A stretch of DNA of 34,498 nt, from NCBI GenBank assembly GCA_037444485.1, contig JBBIMI010000009.1, positions 1 to 34,498 on the forward strand, given 5' to 3'. Below are positions 10,596 through 19,215 of this stretch, in pieces. Each line of letters opens with the position of its first letter. Within the stretch, counting starts at the first letter, position 1. Origin of the DNA: Candidatus Micrarchaeota archaeon (lineage in GTDB: Archaea > Micrarchaeota > Micrarchaeia > Norongarragalinales > Norongarragalinaceae). Both the position numbers and the translations under genes were made by a program. The notes beneath the pieces are model-generated. The model was not told the origin of the DNA and did not search any database. It saw only the letters and a list, made by a program, of their open reading frames with translations.

Positions 10596-12103
10596 TTCTT
10601 TTCATCACGCTTTTCCTCGAGCTTTTCCTCGAGCTTTTCCTCCAACTTTTTCTCAGGCTTTTCCATACCGTATTCTTCTTTTTCCTTTTTCTCTTCCCTT
10701 TCTTCCCTTTCCTTTTTCTCTTCTTTTTCCTTTTTCTCTTCCCTTTCTTCCCTTTCCTTTTTCTCTTCTTTTTCCTTTTTCTCTTCCCTTTCTTCCCTTT
10801 CCTTTTTCTCTTCTTTTTCCTTTTTCTCTTCCCTTTCTTCCCTTTCCTTTTTCTCTTCTTTTTCCTTTTTCTCTTTGCTTTTATTTTCCAGTTTTTCTTC
10901 TTTTTTTTCGCGTTCTGGTTTAGCTTCGCGCACTTCAATTTTTTTCGGCAAGCGAAGCGATTTAAACAACTGTAGAGGCGTCCGCTTGCCTTGCTTTTCT
11001 TCGCGTGCTTTAGGTTCGGCTTGCGTGCGCTCGCGCTCGCGTTGTTCTTTTTCCTTTTGTTCTTTCTCGCGTTGCTCGCGTTCTCTCCGTTCTTGCTCGC
11101 GCTTGTTAAAGATGCTTGCAATCACGTCGTCGATAGGAGGTTCTTGAATCTTGACGTCTAAGATTACGAATTCTTTCGAGAGGTTTTGAAGCAGCTTGTT
11201 TTCCGCGCCGATTGGGGCGTCAAAGGAATAACTCAAGTCGCTTTCGCGCGTTACTGAGGAAGCGACTCCTTCGCTTGCTTGCTTGATGCGGTCTTCGCTG
11301 ACAGGCTTGTCGAACGCTACGGTTACGCTTTTCTGTTTGATGAAATTCTTTTTCAACGCATCGAGTCCTCCGTCGTAGACAACTCGTCCCTCGTCGATGA
11401 TGATTACTCGTTTTGCGAGTTTCTCGACGTCGAACATGTCATGCGAAGTCAAGAGTATCGTCGTCTTGAATTCCTTGTTTATTTCCTTGACGAAACGCCG
11501 AATGCGTTCCTTGCCGACCACATCGATTCCGACTGTCGGCTCGTCTAAAAACAACACGCGCGGGTTGTGCAGAATCGAAGCCGCGATTTCGCACCGCATG
11601 CGTTGTCCCAGCGAGAGTTTGCGCACTTGCTGTTTGACGAAGTCGCCTAGTTCGAGGATCTCGCTCAGGCGCGCATACGTTTTTTCGAACTCTGCTTCCG
11701 GAATTTCGTAAATTTTTTGAAAGAGTTTGAATGACTCGATTGCTGGAATATCCCACCACAATTGAGTCCGTTGGCCGAAGACTACACCGATTTTCTTCGC
11801 TAGCGCGCGCCGCTGGCGGAAAGGCTCGAGTCCGAGAACGCGCGCTTCGCCGGAATCTGGTTTGAGAATGCCGGTAAGCACTTTTATGATCGTGCTTTTG
11901 CCGGCTCCATTCGGACCAATGAATCCCACAATTTCTCCTTCCTTTACTTCAAAGGAAACCCCGTCAACCGCCTTCTTGATTTCGTACGTGCGTGCGAAAA
12001 GCGCTTTCAACGAGTTAAGAAAGCCTGGCTCGCGCTTGCTGATTTTGTATTTCTTCCTCAAGTCTTTAACGAAAATTACTGTTTCTTCAAGCACCACGCT
12101 CAC
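10592..12103 (-). CDS. ABC transporter ATP-binding protein with long charged C-terminal extension
   Basis: GPNGAGKST, VVFGQRTQLWWD, LSLGQRMR, LFLDEPT and TSH motifs, followed by ~170 aa of E/K/R-rich tail. Confidence 0.93.
   Translation of the reverse strand: MSVVLEETVIFVKDLRKKYKISKREPGFLNSLKALFARTYEIKKAVDGVSFEVKEGEIVGFIGPNGAGKSTIIKVLTGILKPDSGEARVLGLEPFRQRRALAKKIGVVFGQRTQLWWDIPAIESFKLFQKIYEIPEAEFEKTYARLSEILELGDFVKQQVRKLSLGQRMRCEIAASILHNPRVLFLDEPTVGIDVVGKERIRRFVKEINKEFKTTILLTSHDMFDVEKLAKRVIIIDEGRVVYDGGLDALKKNFIKQKSVTVAFDKPVSEDRIKQASEGVASSVTRESDLSYSFDAPIGAENKLLQNLSKEFVILDVKIQEPPIDDVIASIFNKREQERREREQREKEQKEKEQRERERTQAEPKAREEKQGKRTPLQLFKSLRLPKKIEVREAKPEREKKEEKLENKSKEKKEKEEKKEREEREEKKEKEEKKEREEREEKKEKEEKKEREEREEKKEKEEKKEREEREEKKEKEEYGMEKPEKKLEEKLEEKLEEKRDEKK
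10673..10873 (-). repeat. 45-bp in-frame tandem repeat x4.5 encoding EKKEKEEKKEREERE
   Basis: Read directly in both DNA and protein. Confidence 0.93.
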
Positions 12104-12200
12104 CTACTATTCAACCACAACACGCTCTCCGCTATTCAACCACGCTCACCCACTATTCAACCACGCTCACCCACTATTCAACCACGCTCTCCGCTATTCA
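12093..12200. repeat. 20-21 bp imperfect tandem repeat x5 overlapping the ABC ATPase start codon
   Basis: Units ACCACGCTCACCCACTATTCA / ACCACGCTCTCCGCTATTCA; the first copy contains the GTG start. Confidence 0.88.
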
Positions 12201-12271
12201 CCAGCTGGCTTTTCAAAGAATTTCAACGCAAGCGATTTATTTAAAACTCGGTTTTTCGCTAATGGTTTTTC

Positions 12272-13582
12272 ATGCCTGCCTTGAAACGAGAACTTGGACT
12301 TCTTGAAACCACTATGCTTGGAATAGGCGTAATCGTTGGCGCTGGAATTTACACTCTAGTCGGCGTTGCTGGCGTTGAAGCCGGCAACGCGTTGTGGCTG
12401 GCGTTCGCGATTGCGGGCGTCATCGCCTTCCTGACGGCCTTGGGTTACGCTGAACTTTCTTCAATGTTTCCAAAGTCTGGGGCAAGTTATCACTATGCAA
12501 AAAACGCTTTCGCGTCACAAAAAACCGGGTTTCTTTTAGGTTGGGTGATTATAGCGAGCTATATTACTGCGAGCGCTACTGTCGCGCTTGGCTTTGGGCA
12601 ATACCTTCACGCAATGTTTCCTGCAATCACGCAAGTCGCCGCGGCTTTAATCTTGCTTGCGGTAGTTGGCGCAATAAACGTGTTGGGAGTAAAGCAAGCA
12701 AGCGGCGTGAACTTGTTTTGCAGTTTTCTTGAAGTTGCCGGCTTGCTTGCAGTAATCGCGTTAGCATTGTTGTTCGCTTTCCCGAATGCTGGTTTTCAAA
12801 CACCGAAAGGAATTGATGGGTTCGTGACTGCAAGCATGCTTGCGTTTTTCGCTTTCCTTGGTTTTGAGGTGCTTGCGACTTCTGCTGAAGAAGTGAAGAA
12901 TGTTAGGAAAACCCTGCCGAAAGCTATTCTCTTGGCGATTACTGCAACCACAATCTTGTACATCGCTGTGTCTATCGCGTTTACGTCCCTAATGCCTTAC
13001 CGCGAAATAGTTTCAGTTGTGCAGCAAGGCGCGGGTGCGCTTGCCGTAGCTGCCGGCAAGGCCGGAGGCGAGCTTAGCCTATCAGCGCTCGCAATAATTG
13101 CATTATTTTCAACTAGTAATACGGTGTTGGTATCGATTTTCGGCACGAGTAGAATGCTTTACGGAATGGCTAAGGACGCGGTCTTGCCGAAATTCTTAAG
13201 CAACCTCAACACGCATAAAACACCTGCGAATGCGGTTTACTTCGCCACCATAACGAGCATGCTTCTCGCGTTACTCGGCGACATAAAACTGGTTGCTGAA
13301 GCGACTGTAATCGGAATGTTTCTAGTCTTCCTAGTCGACAACGCGGCTGTAATCGCATTGCGCTTGAAGCAACCAAACGCTGAACGCGGTTTCAGAATCC
13401 CGCTCAGCGTGAAAAACGTGCCGCTGCCCACGCTCGCAGCAATTGCAAGCATACTAGCGATTCTCGTTAAGGTAAGCATCCAAAACCCTGTTTTGGCAGT
13501 TATCGAATTCTGCATCGTGATAGCAGGACTGTTGATGTATGAAGGCGAAGAGAAAACTCTTAAGAACCGAATTAAAAAATAA
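12272..13582 (+). CDS. APC family amino acid permease
   Basis: LKRELGL..., GVIVGAGI, YAELSSMFPKSG and FAFLGFE..AEEVKN motifs; about 12 TM segments. Confidence 0.93.
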   Translation: MPALKRELGLLETTMLGIGVIVGAGIYTLVGVAGVEAGNALWLAFAIAGVIAFLTALGYAELSSMFPKSGASYHYAKNAFASQKTGFLLGWVIIASYITASATVALGFGQYLHAMFPAITQVAAALILLAVVGAINVLGVKQASGVNLFCSFLEVAGLLAVIALALLFAFPNAGFQTPKGIDGFVTASMLAFFAFLGFEVLATSAEEVKNVRKTLPKAILLAITATTILYIAVSIAFTSLMPYREIVSVVQQGAGALAVAAGKAGGELSLSALAIIALFSTSNTVLVSIFGTSRMLYGMAKDAVLPKFLSNLNTHKTPANAVYFATITSMLLALLGDIKLVAEATVIGMFLVFLVDNAAVIALRLKQPNAERGFRIPLSVKNVPLPTLAAIASILAILVKVSIQNPVLAVIEFCIVIAGLLMYEGEEKTLKNRIKK

Positions 13583-13629
13583 ATTGAATTAAAAAAAATA
13601 AAAAACCGAGATAAAAAAGAAGGGGTTTT

Positions 13630-14247
13630 TCAAGCGCACGGATCCCTAAAGTAAGAAATAGGGTAAAGAACTCCATCAACACATGAAGCGCTCAAGTACG
13701 TTTTGCCATTCGGGCAAGTAGCATACGAATCGCTGGAGCAAGGGGTTGGGGATGGCGAAACGCCGCACGGGTCCGCAAAATAGTTGATTTTAATTAAAAC
13801 ACCGTTTTCGCAAATAGAGTCTAGATATTCGCGACCGTTCGGGCACACTCCAGTAACGTTTTGAGTGCAGCCAGCCGGGCTGGGAGTTGTAGTTGGCAGA
13901 ATTGACGGCAGCGGGGTTATAGTCGGCGAAGGCTGTTCAGTTGGAATTGGTGGTTGTTCAGTTGGAATGGGTGTAGGTAGTTGGTGATTCAAGCAAGGGT
14001 CAACCAAGTATAAAACGTCTTTTAACTCTCCGTTCGCGCACTTTGCTTTCAAGTACTGGAAGCCGTCTGGACAAGAAGCGTAAACGTCCTGCGTGCACGT
14101 GACAGGCGCGACTGTCTGACGCGGAGTGGGAGTCGGGGTAGCCTTCTGCTGCGGCTGCGCAATGCAGCCAGCGACAAACAATGCAGGAATCAACACCAAG
14201 ATTATTGCAATGAAATTTTTTTCTATTTTCTTTTCCATTTTCGGCAT
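13630..14247 (-). CDS. Putative lipoprotein/secreted protein with three 35-aa four-Cys repeats and Pro/Thr linkers
   Basis: The likely start is ATG 14247 or 14238; the longer ORF-track start reads through a DNA repeat. Basic N-terminus, hydrophobic stretch and lipobox-like VAGC. Confidence 0.8.
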   Translation of the reverse strand: MPKMEKKIEKNFIAIILVLIPALFVAGCIAQPQQKATPTPTPRQTVAPVTCTQDVYASCPDGFQYLKAKCANGELKDVLYLVDPCLNHQLPTPIPTEQPPIPTEQPSPTITPLPSILPTTTPSPAGCTQNVTGVCPNGREYLDSICENGVLIKINYFADPCGVSPSPTPCSSDSYATCPNGKTYLSASCVDGVLYPISYFRDPCA

Positions 14248-14274
14248 CACCCGGCAGACGACGCGCGCATGATA

Positions 14275-14338
14275 CAGCACGCAAGAAATGCAGCACGCAA
14301 GAAATGCAGCACGCAAGAAATGCAGCACGCAAGAAATG
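14275..14338. repeat. 16-bp perfect tandem repeat (CAGCACGCAAGAAATG) x4
   Basis: Read directly; intergenic, upstream of the lipoprotein. Confidence 0.95.
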
Positions 14339-14392
14339 CTTGCCCACACGCAAAATATGCGCAAAATATGCTTATACAATAGAATGCCGGGT

Positions 14393-15202
14393 TTAAAAAT
14401 GGTTTTCTTTCCTCAAGAAAAAACTTGAAGACATTCGAGATAGCTTGCGCGCATTCCGCGCGAGCCACTCGTTCGCTCGCTCGAATTCCGCAAATTTTTT
14501 TTCGTCGCTCTTGAAAGCCCGAGAATGAACTGTCCGCCGCAGGCTCCTGCCCCGCTGGAAGAGCACGCGATGCTTGCAGTGCAACAACTCGTGAAAAACT
14601 ATGTACTCGACAACGAATTCTGGAATATGCGGCGAGTCGAGAGAGCGCGACACCACGATTTTCTTGAATGCGTTATCGTGAAAACCCAGCCGCCACCTGC
14701 TTTTCTTTCGACTCCAGGAAACCTGCGGCCGAGCAACACTCCCCAAGACGTCCGCATACTTTTCAAAAACTTTTTCTACAATGCTGTTCAAATCGAAAAA
14801 AATTTTTTCTCCCTCAATCGTATTGCGTCCATGCGCAGCACGCAGCGAATCACTCAACGCGTTCACGCTTTCCCGCGAATAAAATTCCTTGAACGAATCC
14901 ACGAGCGGCGCGGCGCATTCAGGAATTTTTTTTCCCAGTGCTCGTGAAACGAGGGAAAGAGCGAGTCCGAGGACGACTTCACGCGAAGCGCATTCAAACC
15001 CGTCACTCACAACCGCTTCAAGAAAATTTTTCTGCGCATCGAAGGAAACGCGCGCCTTCAAGCCTGCAAGCGTTTTTTTCTTTACTTGCACGAAGCAGTC
15101 AACGCCGAGCAAAGCGCACGCCGAGTAAAACGCTTCAACAAAATCAATTTTTTCCATCGTTTTCTCCGTCATTTTTCCTCCAATCATTTTCCCGTTTTGC
15201 AA
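14393..15202 (-). CDS. SprT/YgjP(DUF45)-like zinc metallopeptidase
   Basis: VVEYIVFHELLH (HExxH) with a downstream HSRAF. The true start may be slightly downstream (15172 or 15157). Confidence 0.78.
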   Translation of the reverse strand: MQNGKMIGGKMTEKTMEKIDFVEAFYSACALLGVDCFVQVKKKTLAGLKARVSFDAQKNFLEAVVSDGFECASREVVLGLALSLVSRALGKKIPECAAPLVDSFKEFYSRESVNALSDSLRAAHGRNTIEGEKIFFDLNSIVEKVFEKYADVLGSVARPQVSWSRKKSRWRLGFHDNAFKKIVVSRSLDSPHIPEFVVEYIVFHELLHCKHRVLFQRGRSLRRTVHSRAFKSDEKKFAEFERANEWLARNARKLSRMSSSFFLRKENHF

Positions 15203-15771
15203 TTTTTTCTTTAAATTTTTTATTTATTTTTCTTTAGATATTTTTCTTTAAAAAAAACATTTTCTTCGTTTTCTTTGTTTTCTTCGTTTTCTTTGTTTTG
15301 TTTTCTTTGTTTTTTCATTGTTTTTCAGTCGTTTCGCGCAGTTACCAGCATTTTTCCGCTCCCAAAAAAATTGGGGAAAGATTTAAATACTAAGCTTGTT
15401 TTATGTTGTTGCGAAAAAAAGTTTTTCGCAATAAAATAAAAAAAGTGAAGGTGAAAAAGCGAGTGAAGAAGAAAAAGAAGAAATAAATTTTTGAAAACAA
15501 AACAAAAAGCTTTAAAAAAAGCTTTAAAAAATAAAAAAATCTTCTTTTAAGATTTCTTTGATTTTTTTCTTTGATTTTTTTGATTTTATTTTTTTTCTCT
15601 CCGATTTTTTCTGCGATTTTTTTCTCTCTCTACAGTTTTTTTTGATACAGTTTTTTTGAACCGCTGCGCGCTTTCTTTCCGCTTTATTGCTTCTTTACTT
15701 TTTTATTACTTTTTTTACTTCTTTATTACTTTTAATTCGTCATCATTATTGCTTCTTCGCTTTTCTGGGAA

Positions 15772-16071
15772 TTACTTCTTCAGGGTTTTCTTGAGGATGC
15801 GGTAATCGTTTTCGAGCATTGCGAACTCGCGCGTTTCTTTGTTTCCGTAAAAATCATAGAATTCGAGCGCGACCCCTACTTTGTTTAAAGCCATGTCGCC
15901 TGTTTTATTGAACGCGACTACGTAACTTTTTTTAATGGTCCTGCTTCCGCCGCCGATAGTGAGCGTGAGGTTGTCGCCGTTCAACGCGAGGTCGCCGCGC
16001 TTTCCGTCGACGTAAATCTTGAAACTGGTTTTTTCTTTCTCTCTTTTTTCAGCTTCGCTTTTTAAAACCAT
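15772..16071 (-). CDS. Hypothetical protein (beta-rich with C-terminal helix, possibly PH-like)
   Basis: 99-aa ORF with a GGGAG-type SD upstream. The fold is a guess from the pattern only. Confidence 0.65.
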   Translation of the reverse strand: MVLKSEAEKREKEKTSFKIYVDGKRGDLALNGDNLTLTIGGGSRTIKKSYVVAFNKTGDMALNKVGVALEFYDFYGNKETREFAMLENDYRILKKTLKK

Positions 16072-16230
16072 TTCCAGAAAACGCTCCCTAATTTCCTTCG
16101 ACTGTTTTGACAGCGTTTTAACTTGACAGCGTTTTAGTTTTACAATGTTTTAATTGCGCTGTTAGAATGTTGGAAAAAATGTTGGAAAAGTTGAAAAAGT
16201 TGAAAAAAAGCTTGAACTTTAAGCGCGTGT

Positions 16231-16596
16231 TCAAGCGCGTTTGCGCTTGACGATTTTCACGTTGTGCGGCGTGAGTAAAATCTTGTCTTCATCGATTCTC
16301 GCGATGTCGCCGTTCAAGCTGGTCGTGAAATTGCGTAGTTCGTTTACAGCGCTCTTGAGTTTCGCCGGGTTTCGCGCGATTGGCGTTATGTTCAAGAGAA
16401 CTAGGTTGCGTTGCTTGAGTTCTTCTTCGACGATTTTCAAGTCCGCTTCAGTCTGGAGCGAAATTGGTTTTACGTAAAAGTCGGCTGCCTTGTGCAGGAC
16501 GTCGATGTCTTCAGCTTCCGCCGCGCTCATGAACTCGTCTACACTCATTTCTTTACTCAAGCCCAACGCGCTGCTTAATCCTTTAAAAATACCCAT
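16231..16596 (-). CDS. sepF: Cell division protein SepF (archaeal type)
   Basis: YVKPISL...NLVLLNI...NGDIARIDEDKILLTP..VKI; SD AAGGTGA precedes ATG 16596. Confidence 0.85.
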   Translation of the reverse strand: MGIFKGLSSALGLSKEMSVDEFMSAAEAEDIDVLHKAADFYVKPISLQTEADLKIVEEELKQRNLVLLNITPIARNPAKLKSAVNELRNFTTSLNGDIARIDEDKILLTPHNVKIVKRKRA

Positions 16597-16838
16597 TGTT
16601 TGATCACCTTCTCGATAGTCAAGCATTTAATCTCAGAGTTTTTTTGGTTGATTATTTCGGTTGCTTAAACTTAATTTCCACAGAGTTTTTAATCCTTACC
16701 TTCTTAAAAAGGCTTTTGCCTGCAAAGCGTTTGTTTTAAAAAAAGCTTTTTCCATAATTTTCGTAATAATTTCCATGAAAGTATTCAACTAATTTGATTT
16801 GGTTTCATTGATTTCGTTTTCGATTTGGTTTCATTGAT

Positions 16839-18116
16839 TTGGTTTCAGGTAAGGAAGGGGGTAATGGCGCGTTGGTGGGGCCTTCATTCAGCGAAATCGC
16901 CGCTTATAGAGACTCTTTATTCAAGGACAAGAACGCTTTGTCTCCGCACTTTATTCCCGAAACGCTCGTGCACCGCGAGAACGAAGTCAAGGCCATGATG
17001 CGCGCGATCGCGCCTGCGCTTGAGAAGCAAAAGCCGCGAAACTTGTTTGTGTACGGTAAAAGCGGAAGCGGCAAGACAGCATGCGCAAAGCACGTGCTGC
17101 AGAAGCTTGACGAAGAACGCGGTAAAGCGCCTTGGGTTTACAGCGTTTACATGAATTGCAGAGTGTACGATTCCAGGTATAAAGTGCTCCAGAAAACGAT
17201 TTCAACGTTTTGTCCGACGTTAGCGAAAACAGGGTACTCGTTCGCGGTTTTATATGAAAAGCTTCTCGATTGGGTTGAGGGAAGCGGCGAACACGCTGAA
17301 AGCGGGAAAGGAAAGCAAGTGGTGCTCGCGCTTGACGAGGTTGACATGGTGCGGGACTTGGACTCGCTCGTCTACACGCTTACGCGCGTTAACGACGATT
17401 TGAAGACTGGAGGGTTGAGCGTGCTTGGAATAAGCAACAAGGTGGGCTTCACGCAGAAGCTCGAGTCGCGCTCGCGTTCTTCACTATGCGAGGAAGAACT
17501 TGTTTTTCAGTCGTACAACGCGCTTCAACTCCAAGCAATTCTAAAGCAACGCGTGCCCCTTGCCTTTCGCGACGTGAAGAGCGTGCAGGAAAGCGCGTTG
17601 AACCTCGCTGCGGCGATTGCGGCGAGCGAGAATGGGGACGCGCGTTACGCACTCGCTTTGCTGTTGCGCGCTGGCGAGCTTGCAGAACGCACTGGACGTA
17701 AAATAGTTTCTGACAAGGAAGTCGAGGAATCCCGCAAGGCTGCTGACGAAGACAAAGCGTTTGAAGTGATGAACACGCTGCCCACGCACCAACAGTTGCT
17801 GCTTTACGCGCTTGCTGGCTTGAGCGGCGAGGTGAGTTACAAAAAGCTCGTTGAAGAAACTGGAGAGAATCTTTATTTCAGTGGCGAGGTGTACGAGCAT
17901 TACGTTCGCGCTTGCAAGAAGTTCGGCCGCGACCCGCGTACAGCGCGTTGGTACAGGGAGTACTTGAACGACCTTGAAAATCTGGGCTTAATCAACGCGG
18001 TCGAAAGCGGGAAAGGCGTGCGGGGTCACACTACACTCATTAAACTCGCTTACGAGCCGAACAAAGTCAAACGCGTTCTTGAGAAAACGCTTGCAGCCGC
18101 GAGCGCCGGCGAGTGA
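16839..18116 (+). CDS. cdc6: Orc1/Cdc6 replication initiator
   Basis: IPETLVHRE, YGKSGSGKT, LDEVD, GDAR motifs and a C-terminal winged helix (GKGVRG). The start may be TTG 16872 or GTG 16875. Confidence 0.93.
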   Translation: MVSGKEGGNGALVGPSFSEIAAYRDSLFKDKNALSPHFIPETLVHRENEVKAMMRAIAPALEKQKPRNLFVYGKSGSGKTACAKHVLQKLDEERGKAPWVYSVYMNCRVYDSRYKVLQKTISTFCPTLAKTGYSFAVLYEKLLDWVEGSGEHAESGKGKQVVLALDEVDMVRDLDSLVYTLTRVNDDLKTGGLSVLGISNKVGFTQKLESRSRSSLCEEELVFQSYNALQLQAILKQRVPLAFRDVKSVQESALNLAAAIAASENGDARYALALLLRAGELAERTGRKIVSDKEVEESRKAADEDKAFEVMNTLPTHQQLLLYALAGLSGEVSYKKLVEETGENLYFSGEVYEHYVRACKKFGRDPRTARWYREYLNDLENLGLINAVESGKGVRGHTTLIKLAYEPNKVKRVLEKTLAAASAGE

Positions 18117-18126
18117 AAAAAAAAAA

Positions 18127-18978
18127 TCAAACTATTTCCGAACATAGTTTTTGAATGACTTGCTGGCAACCTCTCCAGAAGGAAGGCAACTCGTTCTTCA
18201 CGAAGCCTTGGTAAGAGTCAGAGTACGCGAGGGTCAAGTGCTCGCCGGTTTTCTTGAATTCGTTTCCATACTCGTCGTAAATCTTTCGAATTATGTCGCG
18301 TTCGAAGTCTTTCTGCAGCAAGGACGGCTTGCGCAACAGCAAGTAGTCCGCTTGCCGCAGCGTGTTCACGTCCAAGTTTGAAGAGTTTTGGGAAACGAAT
18401 AGCACGCTCAAGTCCTTATGCCGCGAAATCAAGAGCAATTCACTCAACAGCTTGTTTGCGTTGCTGAAAGCCTCGCGGGAAGAAAACAAGATTCCACCCT
18501 CGTCAACAAGCAGAAACGAACAATTCTTGACGCTGTTCAAATCGTTGACGCAAGTAATCCATTGCGGGAGGGTTTCTTCGTTGAACCCCATTGCTGCCAC
18601 GCTGCGTCCTTTAGCGCGCGCGTTTTCAAGCAGTCGCAGGCCAAGCGCGCTTTTGCCGCTTCCCCGCGCGCCGATTATTATTCCAATTAAGTTTTTAGAG
18701 GTCAAGAGTTTTTGCTGGAACTCGCTTAGATCGCCGGAAATGTTTTTGACTTCAACAAGCGGCTTGAACGAAGCACTAACCTTCGGTTTTTTGCTTTCAA
18801 GCGCTTTGCGTTGCGCGAACAACTTTCCGTGCGAGAAGAGAAACGAAAAGATTTTCTTGAAAACCCGAAACAAGGCGAGCAGCAGCTTCCACAAGATTTT
18901 AAACAATATTTTAATGAAGCCCTTGATTAAGAACCACGCTGCGCCGAGGACCTTGCGCTTTAACGACTTTTTAGCCAT
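18127..18978 (-). CDS. Membrane-anchored P-loop ATPase, Zot/FtsK-HerA-like
   Basis: Amphipathic basic N-terminus; GARGSGKS, LLVDEGG and SRHK.LSVLFVSQ...LRQAD motifs. The last ~14 codons may be frameshifted. Confidence 0.72.
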   Translation of the reverse strand: MAKKSLKRKVLGAAWFLIKGFIKILFKILWKLLLALFRVFKKIFSFLFSHGKLFAQRKALESKKPKVSASFKPLVEVKNISGDLSEFQQKLLTSKNLIGIIIGARGSGKSALGLRLLENARAKGRSVAAMGFNEETLPQWITCVNDLNSVKNCSFLLVDEGGILFSSREAFSNANKLLSELLLISRHKDLSVLFVSQNSSNLDVNTLRQADYLLLRKPSLLQKDFERDIIRKIYDEYGNEFKKTGEHLTLAYSDSYQGFVKNELPSFWRGCQQVIQKLCSEIV

Positions 18979-19013
18979 GAAGTTATTAAGACGCGAAGAG
19001 AGTTTAAAAAAAG

Positions 19014-19193
19014 CGCCCTGGGCAGGACTCGAACCTGCGGCCTACTGATTTCAGCCCGTTGCCTTTTTTTTGAACGGCTAACAGTTTCGAACCCCCGCTT
19101 TTCGCTCTGCTTTTCGCTTTTTTTTGTGGGACAGTCGCTCTGCCGTTCAGCGCTCCAAACTTGTGGTTTGAAGCGAAGCTGAGCTACCAGGGC
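19014..19193 (-). tRNA. tRNA-Asn(GUU) with three introns (D-loop 17/18, anticodon stem 30/31, canonical 37/38)
   Basis: Acceptor stem GCCCUGG/CCAGGGC + G73, D stem GCUC/GAGC, T arm GCAGG-UUCGAGU-CCUGC. Removing 19145-19176, 19086-19131 and 19050-19078 gives a 73-nt tRNA with anticodon arm ACUGA-CUGUUAA-UCAGU. CCA is not encoded. Confidence 0.9.
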
Positions 19194-19215
19194 TCGAGAA
19201 TTATTTTGACTGAGA

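Noticed and set aside
10405..11121. 238-aa Lys/Arg-rich ORF
   Set aside because: Alternative-frame shadow of the purine-rich repeat in the ABC ATPase tail.
7915..14338. Repeat arrays as CRISPR
   Set aside because: Units are head-to-tail without unique spacers, and no cas genes are present.
14248..14379. N-terminal extension of the lipoprotein (CISCVLHFLRAAFLAC)
   Set aside because: Translation of the 16-bp intergenic repeat; the signal peptide begins downstream.
16597..16870. Replication origin with ORB elements upstream of cdc6
   Set aside because: AT-rich with a few TTTCCA half-sites, but no repeated full TCCA-N-TGGAA + G-string boxes; not supportable.
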